A stretch of DNA of 64,000 nucleotides, taken from contig CBDFKD010000002.1 in assembly GCA_965248695.1 (NCBI GenBank), forward strand, positions 1,248,001 to 1,312,000. Direction: 5' to 3'. Made by a program: the position numbers and the translations under genes. This DNA is from Acidobacteriota bacterium. Its GTDB lineage: Bacteria > Acidobacteriota > UBA890 > WLXD01. Positions 10,907 through 21,367 of this stretch are shown here, in pieces; positions within the stretch are counted from its first letter, which is position 1; every line of letters begins with the position of its first letter. The notes beneath the pieces were generated by a model. It saw only the letters and a list, made by a program, of their open reading frames with translations, ran no database searches and was not told the DNA's origin.

Positions 10907-12919
10907 CTACCGGGACGGCATCTCGTCCGTAATGGAGGTTCTTCGCCGGTCGCGGCTTCGAACGACGAGCTGCTCGCGGACCGCTCGATGCGCCTCGTCG
11001 ATGGCTGCGTCCGTGTGCGAGGAGGCAGCGGCATCGGAGTTGGCGATCGAAATTCGACCGAATCGCCGCCTGCCGATGACGCACGGCCGATCGTCGGGGG
11101 CGAACAGCGCCCACTCGATCGGATCGTCCAGGGTGTTGTAGTGATAGGCAGGACCGTGCGGCCAGCGATTCACTGTGATCGCTTCGATGTCCCGGGCCGG
11201 GTCGAAACCCCCACTCTGTAGGGTTCGACCGAGTTGGTCCCGGATGTTGCGCTCGAAGGTCTCGAAGGTGGTGGCCAACAGATCCGCTCGCCCGATGCGA
11301 TGCTGCTCCTTCTTCGGGAGTCCAGGGGCACAAGGCACCCTGGTCATGTGCAGGATCATCGGGTCGTCAGGCGACCGGGAAGGCTCGTAGTCACCGAACT
11401 GTATCGACCGGCCGAGGTTGGCGCCGCTGTGGTACATCCCCGGAGCGGTCACACTCGAGATGCCCAGGTTCGTGAAGGCGGTCCAATTTCGGATGAGGAC
11501 GTTGGTGTAGACGAGGGGCATCTTGACGCCATACTTGAGCGCCACCTTCTGCTCGTCGGACATCTCGGGGCATAGGTGCGGGATGACCCCGTTGTAGCAC
11601 CCCATCACACAGTGATCCGCCCGTACCTTCTCGGCCTTGCCGCCGCGCACATAAGTGATCTCGACCCCGCGGGCGGCGTCGGGATCGCCCAGGTGCCGGG
11701 CGGAGACCACCATGCTGTTGAGACGAATTCGGGCATCGGAGCCGGCGCGGTCGATGCGGTCGTACGCCAGGCGCGAGGTCATCGAGTCTTCCTGCGAGGT
11801 GCCCGGAAGCGCGTCGGGAATCATCGCACGAACCAGCAACCGGGCCACCGTCGCGTTGCCGTCGGGAAAGTGGATGTTCGGTCCTGTGTTCCACTCGCTC
11901 TCACGACCATGTTGTCCGCCCCCGATGTGGCTGAGGGGGCTCACGCGGGGGAAGGGCTCGAGGTTCATCCCCTGGAAGCCGGGATAGCCCAGGACCCATC
12001 CATAGAGCGCCGGTTGGCCGTCGATGCCGACGCAGAACCTGCCCTTCGGTAGGTCATCGAAGAACGCGATCACATCGGGGTGCACCTTGGCGAGGTCGAG
12101 GAGGAAGTCCCGATAACTGATCCGGGCCAGGCGCTCCTTCTTGTCGGCATCCGACAGTCCGGGCATATAGTCCGGGTTCGCACCGTCATCGTAGAGCCGC
12201 GCGATGTCCCGCCGCGCCTCCGGAGACAGCGGGGTCTGTGCGAGCCAATCGGCCCATCCGCGACCCCCGGATTCCCCTCCGCGTCCCATCAACAGCCGAT
12301 CCTCGCCGAACACCTCTTTGGCGAAGAACGTGGCGCTACCGAGTCCCAGCGATCCGTAGAACCCCCTGCCTGCGGTGCTGGCGGCAATCGCACTTTCCAC
12401 GTCGATGCCGATCGCTGCGAGGAGCGTCTGGGACACGGCGCTGTATTGGCCCACGGACTCGACCTCGTAGGTACCGCCGTTGAGCATCAGCGTACGGCCT
12501 CGATAGGTCATCTCGTTGCGCGTGGCATGGCCACCGAAGTCATCGTGGTTGTCGAGCACCAGCACACGTGCGCCGGGACCAGCCGAGGTCAGGAAGAAAT
12601 AGGCTGCCGAGAGCCCGCTCAGCCCCCCTCCGACCACCACCAGATCGTAGCTTTCACGCGTGTCGGCGACATCGGTCCATGTGTTCCCGTCGCGGAGCGC
12701 ATGGGCGACCTCGAACGAACCGGGGTGACTTCCGCGCATTCCAGTCAGGGCCGGTGGATAGTATTCCTGCGCCCGGGACCCATAGGGCGTGCCCTCGCGT
12801 GCTGACAGCCAGCCAGGTGCGATCAGCGACCCCCCGACGGCAACCCCCACGCCGTTGACGAAATCGCGCCGGCTGATATCCCGGTGCATCCCGAGATCAC
12901 GATCCCCACTCCTGGACAT
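10907..12919 (-). CDS. Spermidine dehydrogenase-like FAD oxidoreductase, Tat-exported
   Basis: ISRRDFVNG Tat motif, YYPPALTGMRGSHPGSFEVAH, VVVGGGLSG, DNHDDFGGHA, ITVNRWPHG. Confidence 0.85.
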   Translation of the reverse strand: MSRSGDRDLGMHRDISRRDFVNGVGVAVGGSLIAPGWLSAREGTPYGSRAQEYYPPALTGMRGSHPGSFEVAHALRDGNTWTDVADTRESYDLVVVGGGLSGLSAAYFFLTSAGPGARVLVLDNHDDFGGHATRNEMTYRGRTLMLNGGTYEVESVGQYSAVSQTLLAAIGIDVESAIAASTAGRGFYGSLGLGSATFFAKEVFGEDRLLMGRGGESGGRGWADWLAQTPLSPEARRDIARLYDDGANPDYMPGLSDADKKERLARISYRDFLLDLAKVHPDVIAFFDDLPKGRFCVGIDGQPALYGWVLGYPGFQGMNLEPFPRVSPLSHIGGGQHGRESEWNTGPNIHFPDGNATVARLLVRAMIPDALPGTSQEDSMTSRLAYDRIDRAGSDARIRLNSMVVSARHLGDPDAARGVEITYVRGGKAEKVRADHCVMGCYNGVIPHLCPEMSDEQKVALKYGVKMPLVYTNVLIRNWTAFTNLGISSVTAPGMYHSGANLGRSIQFGDYEPSRSPDDPMILHMTRVPCAPGLPKKEQHRIGRADLLATTFETFERNIRDQLGRTLQSGGFDPARDIEAITVNRWPHGPAYHYNTLDDPIEWALFAPDDRPCVIGRRRFGRISIANSDAAASSHTDAAIDEAHRAVREQLVVRSRDRRRTSITDEMPSR

Positions 12920-13064
12920 ACGTCCTCCGGTTCTCTAATGCGGGAACTGCGCGGAACGCCGGCTTTTCTCAGTCGGGCCTTATAGTATCCATTGCTCTGC
13001 GGTGTAGGGAAGTGATCTGGAGCTTCTACGGCTCGTGCCGACGGACCCGTAGCGGGAGACAGCG

Positions 13065-14303
13065 GTGGACAGGCGCGCGTTACTCAAGACCGGTGGCATG
13101 GCGGCGCTCGGTCTCGGTGTGGGTGGGTGTGCGGGGCGCGCGCCAAGGCCCAACGACCCGCCGAGGCTCAGAGTCAACCTCGCACCTGTCGAAGCCTCCT
13201 GGGATCGGGTTATCCGCACCACGGTCGGGTTGCGTCCGCACCGGCCCTCCGGGTTCGTGCTCAGGGCTCAGAAGCTCGACGCCAAGACCGTCATCCACAA
13301 CTACGGCCACGGTGGAGCCGGCCACTCGATCGGTTGGGGTACGGCCGAACTGGCGGCCGAGATCGCGATGGAGCACGGCGACCGGCGCGCGGCAGTCATC
13401 GGCTGCGGCACCGTTGGGCTGACCACGGCGCGGCAGCTGCAGCGGCGCGGCTTCGACGTGACCATCTACGCCAAGTCGGTGCCTCCAGACACAACCTCCA
13501 ACAAGGCTCTGGCCGCCTTCACGCCGACGTCCGGGCTGATTGACGGGAACCGGCGCACGCCGGAATGGGATGCGCAGTTCCGGCGCGCTGCGGAGATCGC
13601 GTACGAGCAGCTGCAGCTGCTGGTGGGCCGCGGCTACGGAGTCTCGTGGAGCAACATCTACGGGATGATGAACGAGCCGCCGGCAGCGCCGGAGGGACGT
13701 TCGCTCTCACCGTTGCGGCCCGCGTCCTTGCGAACGGGCCCGGTAGTGCTGCAGCCCGGTGAGCACCCGTTCCCGTCCAGGTTCGCCACCCGCAGCCCGT
13801 GGCTCCTGATCGAGCCCGCGATCTACCTGGAGTCGCTAGTGCGCGACGTTCTCCTCTTCAGCGGCCGCATCGTGATTCGCCAGTTTGCGACGTCGCGAGA
13901 TCTGATGTCGCTGCGCGAGTCGCTCATCGTCAACTGCACCGGGCTCGGGGCGCGCGAGCTCTTCAAGGACGACGAGCTGATCCCGCTGAAGGGCCAGCTC
14001 ACCATGCTGGTGCCTCAGCCCGAGGTCGACTACGCGACGTTCGGTGGCGTGCCCGGCAGCCCGAACGCGCGCGGCGGGTTCGTCCACATGGCGCCGCGCA
14101 GCGACGGCATCGCGCTCGGTGGCACGAGCGAAGAGGGCGTCTGGGATCTCGAGCCGGACGAGGCGGCGCGGCGTCGGATCGTCGAGAGCCACATCGAGCT
14201 GTTCGAGGCGATGCGAACGCAGAGCTCCACGCCCGTCGTGCGGCCGCCGTCGGCGCCCGCCAGGGCTCCGGCGCTCGAAAGCTTCTACGATCTCGAGTCC
14301 TAA
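13065..14303 (+). CDS. D-amino-acid-oxidase-family FAD oxidoreductase, Tat lipoprotein
   Basis: DRRALLK..GGC signal; HNYGHGGAG, VIGCGTVG, VNCTGLGAREL, LKGQL. Confidence 0.85.
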   Translation: MDRRALLKTGGMAALGLGVGGCAGRAPRPNDPPRLRVNLAPVEASWDRVIRTTVGLRPHRPSGFVLRAQKLDAKTVIHNYGHGGAGHSIGWGTAELAAEIAMEHGDRRAAVIGCGTVGLTTARQLQRRGFDVTIYAKSVPPDTTSNKALAAFTPTSGLIDGNRRTPEWDAQFRRAAEIAYEQLQLLVGRGYGVSWSNIYGMMNEPPAAPEGRSLSPLRPASLRTGPVVLQPGEHPFPSRFATRSPWLLIEPAIYLESLVRDVLLFSGRIVIRQFATSRDLMSLRESLIVNCTGLGARELFKDDELIPLKGQLTMLVPQPEVDYATFGGVPGSPNARGGFVHMAPRSDGIALGGTSEEGVWDLEPDEAARRRIVESHIELFEAMRTQSSTPVVRPPSAPARAPALESFYDLES

Positions 14304-14327
14304 CAGGCCGTATTTGCTGGGGTCCGG

Positions 14328-16784
14328 CTACTGGATGTACCCGAGGGCGCGTAGCCTGGAGCGTTCCGCCTCGGTAAGCCCCTCGCCGCTATCCGGCTCG
14401 ACCCGTGTTGCGAGCGTGGCCTCGTGCCAGGTGGCGAGCTCCTCGGACAACTGGGTTACCACGTCCGGGTTATCAGACCCGACGTCGACCTGGTCCATGG
14501 GATCTTCCAGATAGTCGAACAGCTCGTACTCGGCCTTGCCCTCGGGGCGGGTGTAGTTGTGCACCAGCTTCCAGCCGTCGGCGACGATGACGCGCTGCTC
14601 GACCTCGTCGTCGAGCGGCTCGTCGGAATCGATCGAGGCACGCTCGGCGAACGCCGGACGCGGCAGCCAGCCGAGCCCGGTGGGCGCATCCGGACGCGCC
14701 ATGAGCGGCAACAGGCTCTGACCCTGCGCCTGCGCCGGCACCGACAGACGGGACAGCTCCAGCAGCGTCGGGTATACGTTGATCGACTCGACCACGGTGT
14801 CGTCGCGCGCCGCGGGAATACGACCCGGCCACGAGAACATCAGCGGCACGTTGAGGTGCTCGCCGTATGCGTCCCAGCCGTGGAAGTGCTTGCCGTGCTC
14901 GAGAAACGCCTCGCCATGATCGCTCATGAAGACGATCAGGGTGTCGTCGGCGATGCCGAGGCCCTCGAGGCGATGCAACAGTCGGCCGACCTCGGCGTCC
15001 ATTGCCTTGATGGAAGCGTCGTACCAGTCGAGCTCGGTGTCCACAAAGACGTCGGGGTCGATCTCGGCCGCCGCCAACTGCGCCGATGTCGGCATGACGT
15101 CGCCGCGCATGTGGTCGTCGGTGATGTGCTCGGCCACCGACTCCATGCGCTCGCGATGCGCCGCGATCTCGTCCGGGTCGACGTAGAGAGTGTCGTACGG
15201 CGCGTAGGGCTCGAACGGGCTGTGCGGATCGAACACGTGCAGGAAAACGAAGAAGGGCGACTCGTGGTGCAGGTCGAGCCAGTCGAGCAACCGGTCGGTG
15301 AACGTGCGTGCGGTCTTGGCCTCGGAATGGCCGAGATCGCCGATCGATGCCGTCTCATGGAGCACCTCGACTCCCTGGTGCAGGTTGGTCAGCTGCCCGG
15401 TGAACGGCACCGACGAGGTATGGAAAGTGGCGTAGCCGGCCGCCTGGTAGACCTCCTCGAGGGTCGTTACCGAGGCTGGCAGCCGGTGGATGATGTCGGT
15501 GATGCCGTGCGCGGTGGGATACAGCGAGGTCAGGATCGACGGCACCGAGACCTTCGTCCAGGCACCCTGTGACACGGTGTGGGTGAAGACCGTGCCGCCG
15601 GCGGCCAGGCCTGCCAGGTTGGGGGCGTTGTCGCGCTCGCCGCCATGCCAGGGAAGCCGGTCGCGGCGCAGCGTGTCGGCGAGTATCAGAATGACGCCGC
15701 GCGGCGGTTCGGCGTCGCCGACCAGCTCGGTACGCGCCTCGCTAGCCGTCGTCGTGCGTGCTTGGTCGCCGCGCTGGCGCACCACTGGCGTACCCCAGTA
15801 GGCGATCGCTCCGTCGTTGTCGGCCCGCGTGCTCAGCGTGAGCTCGACACGCTGGCCGGCGAGCGCGCTCAGGTCCACCGGCTTGGTTTCCCATCGGTCC
15901 GGGGTCGTGACCGTATGGCGCAGAAGCGTTTGATCGCCGACCGACACGACGAAGGTCACCGGTCCCTTCTCGATGGTGCCGAGGTTGAGCTCCAGCCAGG
16001 GTCGGCTCGGAACGTCGACCGAAAACTGGATGCTCTCCGGCGCCCGCGAAACGATGGTCTCGCGGTAGATCTCGGCCAGCCCCTGCCAGCCGATCCCCGA
16101 TGGAATGGAGCTCAGATGCTCCCGGCGTGAGATCAGGCGGATCGACTCGATGGCGAACTCGGCGTCGGCAACGTCGCTCGGCCGTACCGCCAGGTGCCGG
16201 ATGGCCCCCAACGACACCGTGCCCATGAAGTTGGCCATGCCGCGGCTGAGGGTGAGCGTCTCGGCCTCGTCGCCGGGGGTGATGTCGACCATGACCGCCA
16301 TGGTGCGCTGCTGGGTGGCGGCATTGAGCACCACCTCGTCGTCGATCTCGGGCGCGAACACGAAGTTGAATCCGGTGTTGGTGCCAGCCGAAAGGCGCAC
16401 CCGGACCTCGGCGGAGTGGAACGACCCGTCGAGGCCGGCATCCTCCGGCACCGGGAGATGGATGAACCCGAGCTCGCCGGTGGTGCGACCCACCAGCGCG
16501 CCGTCACGCACTGCCAGCCCCTCGATCTGCTGCATGGCGCGGGCGCCGAGGAGCGCATCCGTGTCGCCGCCGCCCGGCAACGTACCGGCGCTGAAATCCC
16601 ACACCATCGGGTCGGCAGCCGCGACCGTCGGTGTTCCGGTGATCGCCGCCTCGTCGACGACATCGACCAGGCGAATCGTGGCCGGCCCCGCATCGCCGCC
16701 ACCAGCGCAGGCGGGGACGGTGGCAGCGATCAGCACGAGCAGGAACGGGCTACGGACGCGAGTCGGGAGCAAGGCGGGCCTCAT
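14328..16784 (-). CDS. Sulfatase-superfamily lipoprotein with N-terminal beta domains
   Basis: ADTLRRD, AWTKVSVPS, DPHSPF, SDHGE, C-terminal LRALGYIQ. Confidence 0.87.
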   Translation of the reverse strand: MRPALLPTRVRSPFLLVLIAATVPACAGGGDAGPATIRLVDVVDEAAITGTPTVAAADPMVWDFSAGTLPGGGDTDALLGARAMQQIEGLAVRDGALVGRTTGELGFIHLPVPEDAGLDGSFHSAEVRVRLSAGTNTGFNFVFAPEIDDEVVLNAATQQRTMAVMVDITPGDEAETLTLSRGMANFMGTVSLGAIRHLAVRPSDVADAEFAIESIRLISRREHLSSIPSGIGWQGLAEIYRETIVSRAPESIQFSVDVPSRPWLELNLGTIEKGPVTFVVSVGDQTLLRHTVTTPDRWETKPVDLSALAGQRVELTLSTRADNDGAIAYWGTPVVRQRGDQARTTTASEARTELVGDAEPPRGVILILADTLRRDRLPWHGGERDNAPNLAGLAAGGTVFTHTVSQGAWTKVSVPSILTSLYPTAHGITDIIHRLPASVTTLEEVYQAAGYATFHTSSVPFTGQLTNLHQGVEVLHETASIGDLGHSEAKTARTFTDRLLDWLDLHHESPFFVFLHVFDPHSPFEPYAPYDTLYVDPDEIAAHRERMESVAEHITDDHMRGDVMPTSAQLAAAEIDPDVFVDTELDWYDASIKAMDAEVGRLLHRLEGLGIADDTLIVFMSDHGEAFLEHGKHFHGWDAYGEHLNVPLMFSWPGRIPAARDDTVVESINVYPTLLELSRLSVPAQAQGQSLLPLMARPDAPTGLGWLPRPAFAERASIDSDEPLDDEVEQRVIVADGWKLVHNYTRPEGKAEYELFDYLEDPMDQVDVGSDNPDVVTQLSEELATWHEATLATRVEPDSGEGLTEAERSRLRALGYIQ

Positions 16785-16884
16785 GTCGGAAGGATCTCGA
16801 TCAGCGGAACTCAGGCCGGATATTCAACCATGCTTACATTGACGCCATACCCCGTAGTCCACGCCGCACTGGGAGAGTGCTGAA

Positions 16885-17346
16885 ATGGAAACATGGTCCG
16901 GTGGTTGCCAATGCGGCGAGACACGATATGAAGTCGTGCACGCGGACGTTCTGACGCTCGTTTGCTGCCATTGCCGCGAATGCCAGCGGCAATCCTCCAG
17001 CGCCTTCGGAATGTCCATGATTCTGCCCCGCTCAGCTTTCAGGCTGACACGCGGGAACTTGTCGTCGTGGGAGCGTCCGAGAGATCTTGGTGGCCCAATC
17101 AACCGGGCGAATTTCTGCCCGACCTGCGGTGTGCGGATTTTCCATGATGGCGGCGCTGCAAGCCCGGAGATCTGTGTGAAGGCCGGATCGCTGGACGACA
17201 CGAGCGTCCTGGAGCCAGTCGCCCACCTGTGGACCAAGCGTGCCCAACCTTGGATCCACCTGCCGGACGACGTCCCGCGTTACGACGACGAGCCTCAAAC
17301 CGAGGCCGAGCTGAATGTCGCCTATCGGGATAGGAACAGTCGCTAG
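16885..17346 (+). CDS. GFA/Mss4-like zinc protein
   Basis: GGCQCG, CHCRECQR and FCPTCG motifs. Confidence 0.9.
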   Translation: METWSGGCQCGETRYEVVHADVLTLVCCHCRECQRQSSSAFGMSMILPRSAFRLTRGNLSSWERPRDLGGPINRANFCPTCGVRIFHDGGAASPEICVKAGSLDDTSVLEPVAHLWTKRAQPWIHLPDDVPRYDDEPQTEAELNVAYRDRNSR

Positions 17347-17474
17347 CCACATGAGCTCATGACCAGGACGATACGACCGATCCAGGGTGATCTGGACGGT
17401 TGCCTCCGCGGCTGGCCCGTGCGTACAGTCGGACCCCACCTACGCAGATCTCGACCCGAAGCAGCGAGGAATCC

Positions 17475-18284
17475 ATGCAGATTCGACCGTCCGGAATCGT
17501 GTTTGCCACGGCGGCTGTGCTGGGACTCGTGGCCGGGCTGGCCCTGGGCGTCGGCCCGGTCACCGCCGGGCCCCTTCCCGCCGGCGAAGGCGAGACGTTC
17601 TTCACCGCTCGGGTGCTTCCCGAGCTCGAGGCCAACGGCTGCAGCAACTGCCACATTCCTGCCGCCGGCTATGTGCATCCGGCGGTGAGCTACGCTGAGC
17701 TGCTCCCGTTTCTCGCCATGGGTCGGGCGGCAGACAACAACGTCCTGGTGCAGAAGATGGCCAACTTGCGGAGCTTCCGCCCCGACCGGCCGGCGCACAT
17801 CGGCGGGCAACGTTGCGAGAGCCTCGCGGCCGAGCCCTGCCAGAGCATCATGGCCTGGTGGGAGGTGGAGTTCGGAGCTGACCCTCAGGCCGGCGGCGAG
17901 AGCCACGGCGAGGTCATCGGCATCGTCGATGTCGTCACTACCGCGCCCGACGATGTCGCCACCTACCCCTTCGAGGACTCACCACGGTGGCGGGTGACCG
18001 GAAGCCGGCGGCCGCAGACTGCAGACCGCGACGACTTCCTGTCGTCCGACGGCGCCTTCCATGTGGGCTACAGCCAGTACGACACCATGACGCTGGAGAT
18101 CGACGACTGGCCATGGGACGAGCTTATGTTCCTCATCGAGGGTCAGGTGGAGATCACCGATCTGGGCGGTGTCACCAAGACCTACGGGCCCGGGGACATG
18201 CTGGTGATGCCGCGTGGGTTCTCGGGAACCTGGAAGCAGCTCGGGCCGATCAAGAAGATCTCCGCCAGCTACGGAACGGAATAG
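17475..18284 (+). CDS. Secreted protein: N-terminal CxxCH heme-c motif domain fused to a EutQ/DUF861-like cupin
   Basis: RBS GAGGAA and ATG at 17475; signal peptide; CSNCH; C-terminal WPWDELMFLIEGQVEITD..G....GPGD...PRGFSGTW. Confidence 0.7.
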   Translation: MQIRPSGIVFATAAVLGLVAGLALGVGPVTAGPLPAGEGETFFTARVLPELEANGCSNCHIPAAGYVHPAVSYAELLPFLAMGRAADNNVLVQKMANLRSFRPDRPAHIGGQRCESLAAEPCQSIMAWWEVEFGADPQAGGESHGEVIGIVDVVTTAPDDVATYPFEDSPRWRVTGSRRPQTADRDDFLSSDGAFHVGYSQYDTMTLEIDDWPWDELMFLIEGQVEITDLGGVTKTYGPGDMLVMPRGFSGTWKQLGPIKKISASYGTE

Positions 18285-18288
18285 GCAC

Positions 18289-19773
18289 ATGCGACGCCGC
18301 GATCTGATCAGGGGTATCGGCGTGGTCAGTGCCGGCGCGGCGCTGGGTGTGCCGCCGGCGCGGGCGGCGATCCCCGGGCGTGTGACGCTGGTTCGAGACA
18401 CCTCGATCGCGGCCTTCTCGTCGCCCGGCGCGCCGCCGAGCGCGGTGGTGGTGGGCGCCGGGATCGCCGGCATGAGCGCCGCATGGGAGCTGCAGCAGGC
18501 AGGGTTCCAGGTCACCGTGCTAGAGAAGGCGTCGATCGCCGGCGGGCGCATGACCGATGAGTTCATCGGTCCGATTTACACCAACCCTCACGCCGGCGGT
18601 GTGTTCGGTGCCAGCACCGAGATGTACGCCCTCGCCGACCAGGTAGGCACCTCGCTCAGCGGCTCGGTGCCGTACGACGAGGGGCTGATCGAGAGCGGCC
18701 ACGGCACCTATTCGCACGGCCTCCGCTTCCACTTGTCGGAGATCCTCAACGTGCCCGGGCTCAGCGACGAGACCAAGCGTCGCCTGCCCTCCTTGCTGCC
18801 CGATCTGGCCGAGATCCGTGCCCGCGTCGACCCCTGCCTGCTGGCCACCGGCGCCGATCTCGACGACGAGAGCATGCACGACTATTGCGTGCGCAAGCTC
18901 GGGGCGCAGGGCGCGCAGGAGTTGCTGGATCTGTGGATCGACCCGGTGTTCGACGCCTGGGGGTTCGAGCCGCACAACACCTCGCGCGTGGCGATCCTGT
19001 CGTGGTTCTCACACCAGGAGGCGTCCTTCATGGTCCCCGACGAGGGGATCGGCGTGCTCACCCGCAAGCTCGCAACGCTGCTGGACGTTCGCCTCGACAC
19101 CACGGTCATGCGGATCTCCGCCCCGGACAGCGCCGGGCGCCACACTGTGCACTATCTGCGGCCCGACGGGGTCCGCACGTCGGTCACTCCCGACGTCGTG
19201 GTCTGTGCCGTCGAGGGCCGCTACTCGCAGCCCATGCTCGAGGAGCTGACGCCGGCCCAGCGCGCGCTTCTGGATCGCGTGTTCTTCACCAAGTACGCCT
19301 ACGTCGTCTACTTGCTGCACCCGCGGCATGCGCCGGCGGAGCCCTCCGGTGGACGCTACATCCCCGACCATCCCGACCCGCTGAAGCAACGCGTCTACAG
19401 CTGGGAGGCCTACCCGGCGTATCCGGGTGATCGACAGCAACGACCAGGCATCTCGGTGGGGCTGTCGCGCCGCGAGACATTCCGGTGGAGCGCGGCGAAC
19501 GTGCCGTTGCCGGACTACTGCCTGCCGCTGGCAAAGAGCTTCTATCCCGTGCTCACGCCGGAGATGGTCGACGACGTGGTGGTGGGAGCGGGCGACGACC
19601 TCATCTACATCCCCACCGGATTCGTGAAGCTGATGGCGGCGTTCCTCGAGGAACAGGCGCGCGAGCGGAGGGGACTGTATTTCGTCGGCGAGTATCTGAG
19701 CCATGCGCACACCGGAGGCGCCTGCGCCAGCGGCCGTACGGTGGGGCGTACGATCGTGAGCCATCGTGCTTGA
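18289..19773 (+). CDS. Tat-exported flavin amine oxidase / protoporphyrinogen-oxidase-superfamily protein
   Basis: MRRRDLIRG, VVGAGIAGMSAA..LEK...GGR, C-terminal FVGEY...GACASG. Confidence 0.8.
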   Translation: MRRRDLIRGIGVVSAGAALGVPPARAAIPGRVTLVRDTSIAAFSSPGAPPSAVVVGAGIAGMSAAWELQQAGFQVTVLEKASIAGGRMTDEFIGPIYTNPHAGGVFGASTEMYALADQVGTSLSGSVPYDEGLIESGHGTYSHGLRFHLSEILNVPGLSDETKRRLPSLLPDLAEIRARVDPCLLATGADLDDESMHDYCVRKLGAQGAQELLDLWIDPVFDAWGFEPHNTSRVAILSWFSHQEASFMVPDEGIGVLTRKLATLLDVRLDTTVMRISAPDSAGRHTVHYLRPDGVRTSVTPDVVVCAVEGRYSQPMLEELTPAQRALLDRVFFTKYAYVVYLLHPRHAPAEPSGGRYIPDHPDPLKQRVYSWEAYPAYPGDRQQRPGISVGLSRRETFRWSAANVPLPDYCLPLAKSFYPVLTPEMVDDVVVGAGDDLIYIPTGFVKLMAAFLEEQARERRGLYFVGEYLSHAHTGGACASGRTVGRTIVSHRA

Positions 19774-19808
19774 AGCCACCGTGCCTGAGCGCCCGGCGGT
19801 GACTCTCC

Positions 19809-20270
19809 CTACGCGTCGTCGGGCATGAACTCCATCGACGCCGAGTTCAGGCAGTGCCGCTTGCCGGTCGGCGGCGGGCCGTCGTCGAACACGTGGCCGA
19901 GGTGGCTGGCGCAGCGGCCGCAGCGGATCTCGGTGCGCGTCATGCCGTGACTGTGGTCCGAGTGCTCCGCAACGTGGTCCGGATCGATCGGGTCGTTGAA
20001 GCTCGGCCAGCCGGTGCCGGAGTCGAACTTGTTGTCGGACCGGTACAGCGGCAGCTCGCACAGCCCGCACACGTAGGTGCCGGTCTCCTTGTTGTCGAGG
20101 AAGCCGCCACAGAACGGCGCCTCGGTGCCGGCGCGCAGCAGCACCCGACGTTCCTCGTCGGTGAGCCTCTCGGCAAGCTCGGCGATGCGCTCGGGGCCCA
20201 GCGGGGTGATGTCGTGGCCGGAAGCGGAGCGCAGGCCAGGCTGCGTGTGTTCGGTGGTGATTTCGCTCAT
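19809..20270 (-). CDS. msrB: Peptide-methionine (R)-S-oxide reductase
   Basis: [41 protein letters not shown]. Confidence 0.95.
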   Translation of the reverse strand: MSEITTEHTQPGLRSASGHDITPLGPERIAELAERLTDEERRVLLRAGTEAPFCGGFLDNKETGTYVCGLCELPLYRSDNKFDSGTGWPSFNDPIDPDHVAEHSDHSHGMTRTEIRCGRCASHLGHVFDDGPPPTGKRHCLNSASMEFMPDDA

Positions 20271-20422
20271 GGTGCTCTCGCAGGAGGCGTGTTTGATCGG
20301 ACGTGATCTCCACGGTTGTCTACGCACCAACGATAGGCCACCATCCCGAACATCTCGACCCAACATCGGCTCAGAGAGGCCAACGTGAGCAACGGGCTGG
20401 TCGCAAGGTCCCGGGTAGTGTC

Positions 20423-21253
20423 CTAATTTGAACCTGCTTCGTCGATCAGCCGACCGATTGACCAAAGCGAGCCCGTCACCCCGGCTTCCATAGCGGGGGT
20501 GACTCGCAGAGTCTGGTGGATGCGCACGAAGTTATAGTGAGCGAAGTGCAGCGCCACGGCCGCGCGCAGGTTCTCGACCTTCTTGCTGAACGCGTTTGTT
20601 AGGCGAGTAAATCTGCGCATGTTCATGCGCATGGTCAGGTTCTGCCGCTCGATGTGGCTGGTGCAGATCTTGTCTGGTGCTGGCTGGCCGACGATCGCCC
20701 TGCGACGGGTGCTCGTGACGTGCGGTGGGCCGTACCTACCCGGACCGATTGGCTCGGCTTCGTAGCACTTTACGATCTGACCGTAGTCGACGTACGGACC
20801 GAATGCCTGCTCGGTCGCTTCGACGTAGGCGGCCAGGGCGTCGGAGGAAAGCTGCACGCGGTTGGCGAGGCGCGAAGCGACATCGCCCATGAACGAGGTA
20901 GCGGTTTCTAGGTCGCGCTTGCCGACGCGAAAAGCTGGGACGATCTTCGATTCCGGGTCCAGCGCAACGAACGTCCAGAAGTCACCCAAGCAGCGCGGGT
21001 CATCGGAGAGCTTTAGGTGGCGCTGTTTCTTCCCGACATAGGCCCAGATCTCATCAACCTGAATCTGCTCGCAAGGAAGGTTCTGCATCCGGTCATCCAT
21101 CGCCGCCGCGCAACCGCTCCCGACGCGGACGAGCAACCGCATGATGGTGTCGCGGTGAACGCCGGTCATGCGCTCTGTCGCGCGAATCGAGCAACCCTCG
21201 ACCAAGCATCGGATGACCGCTTCTTGCTTCTCTCGCTTCAGGACGTTAGCCAT
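20423..21253 (-). CDS. IS1-family DDE transposase (single ORF, HTH, no N-terminal Zn finger)
   Basis: [21 protein letters not shown]; [36 protein letters not shown]. The stop codon lies inside the left TIR. Confidence 0.9.
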   Translation of the reverse strand: MANVLKREKQEAVIRCLVEGCSIRATERMTGVHRDTIMRLLVRVGSGCAAAMDDRMQNLPCEQIQVDEIWAYVGKKQRHLKLSDDPRCLGDFWTFVALDPESKIVPAFRVGKRDLETATSFMGDVASRLANRVQLSSDALAAYVEATEQAFGPYVDYGQIVKCYEAEPIGPGRYGPPHVTSTRRRAIVGQPAPDKICTSHIERQNLTMRMNMRRFTRLTNAFSKKVENLRAAVALHFAHYNFVRIHQTLRVTPAMEAGVTGSLWSIGRLIDEAGSN

Positions 21254-21367
21254 GTTGTTCTCCTTAGCATGGAGAACAATCTAGCATACAGTCGGAGATT
21301 AGCCAACTTCCTGCTTGACTAAATTCGGGATTATATGCGAGATTAGTCTGGAAGTGGGGCGGACAAC

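Noticed and set aside
21315-21349. Sigma-70 promoter for the tRNA-like RNA
   Set aside because: TTGACT and TAGTCT are 23 nt apart, and the hexamer at 17-18 nt spacing is a poor -10, so no promoter is called.
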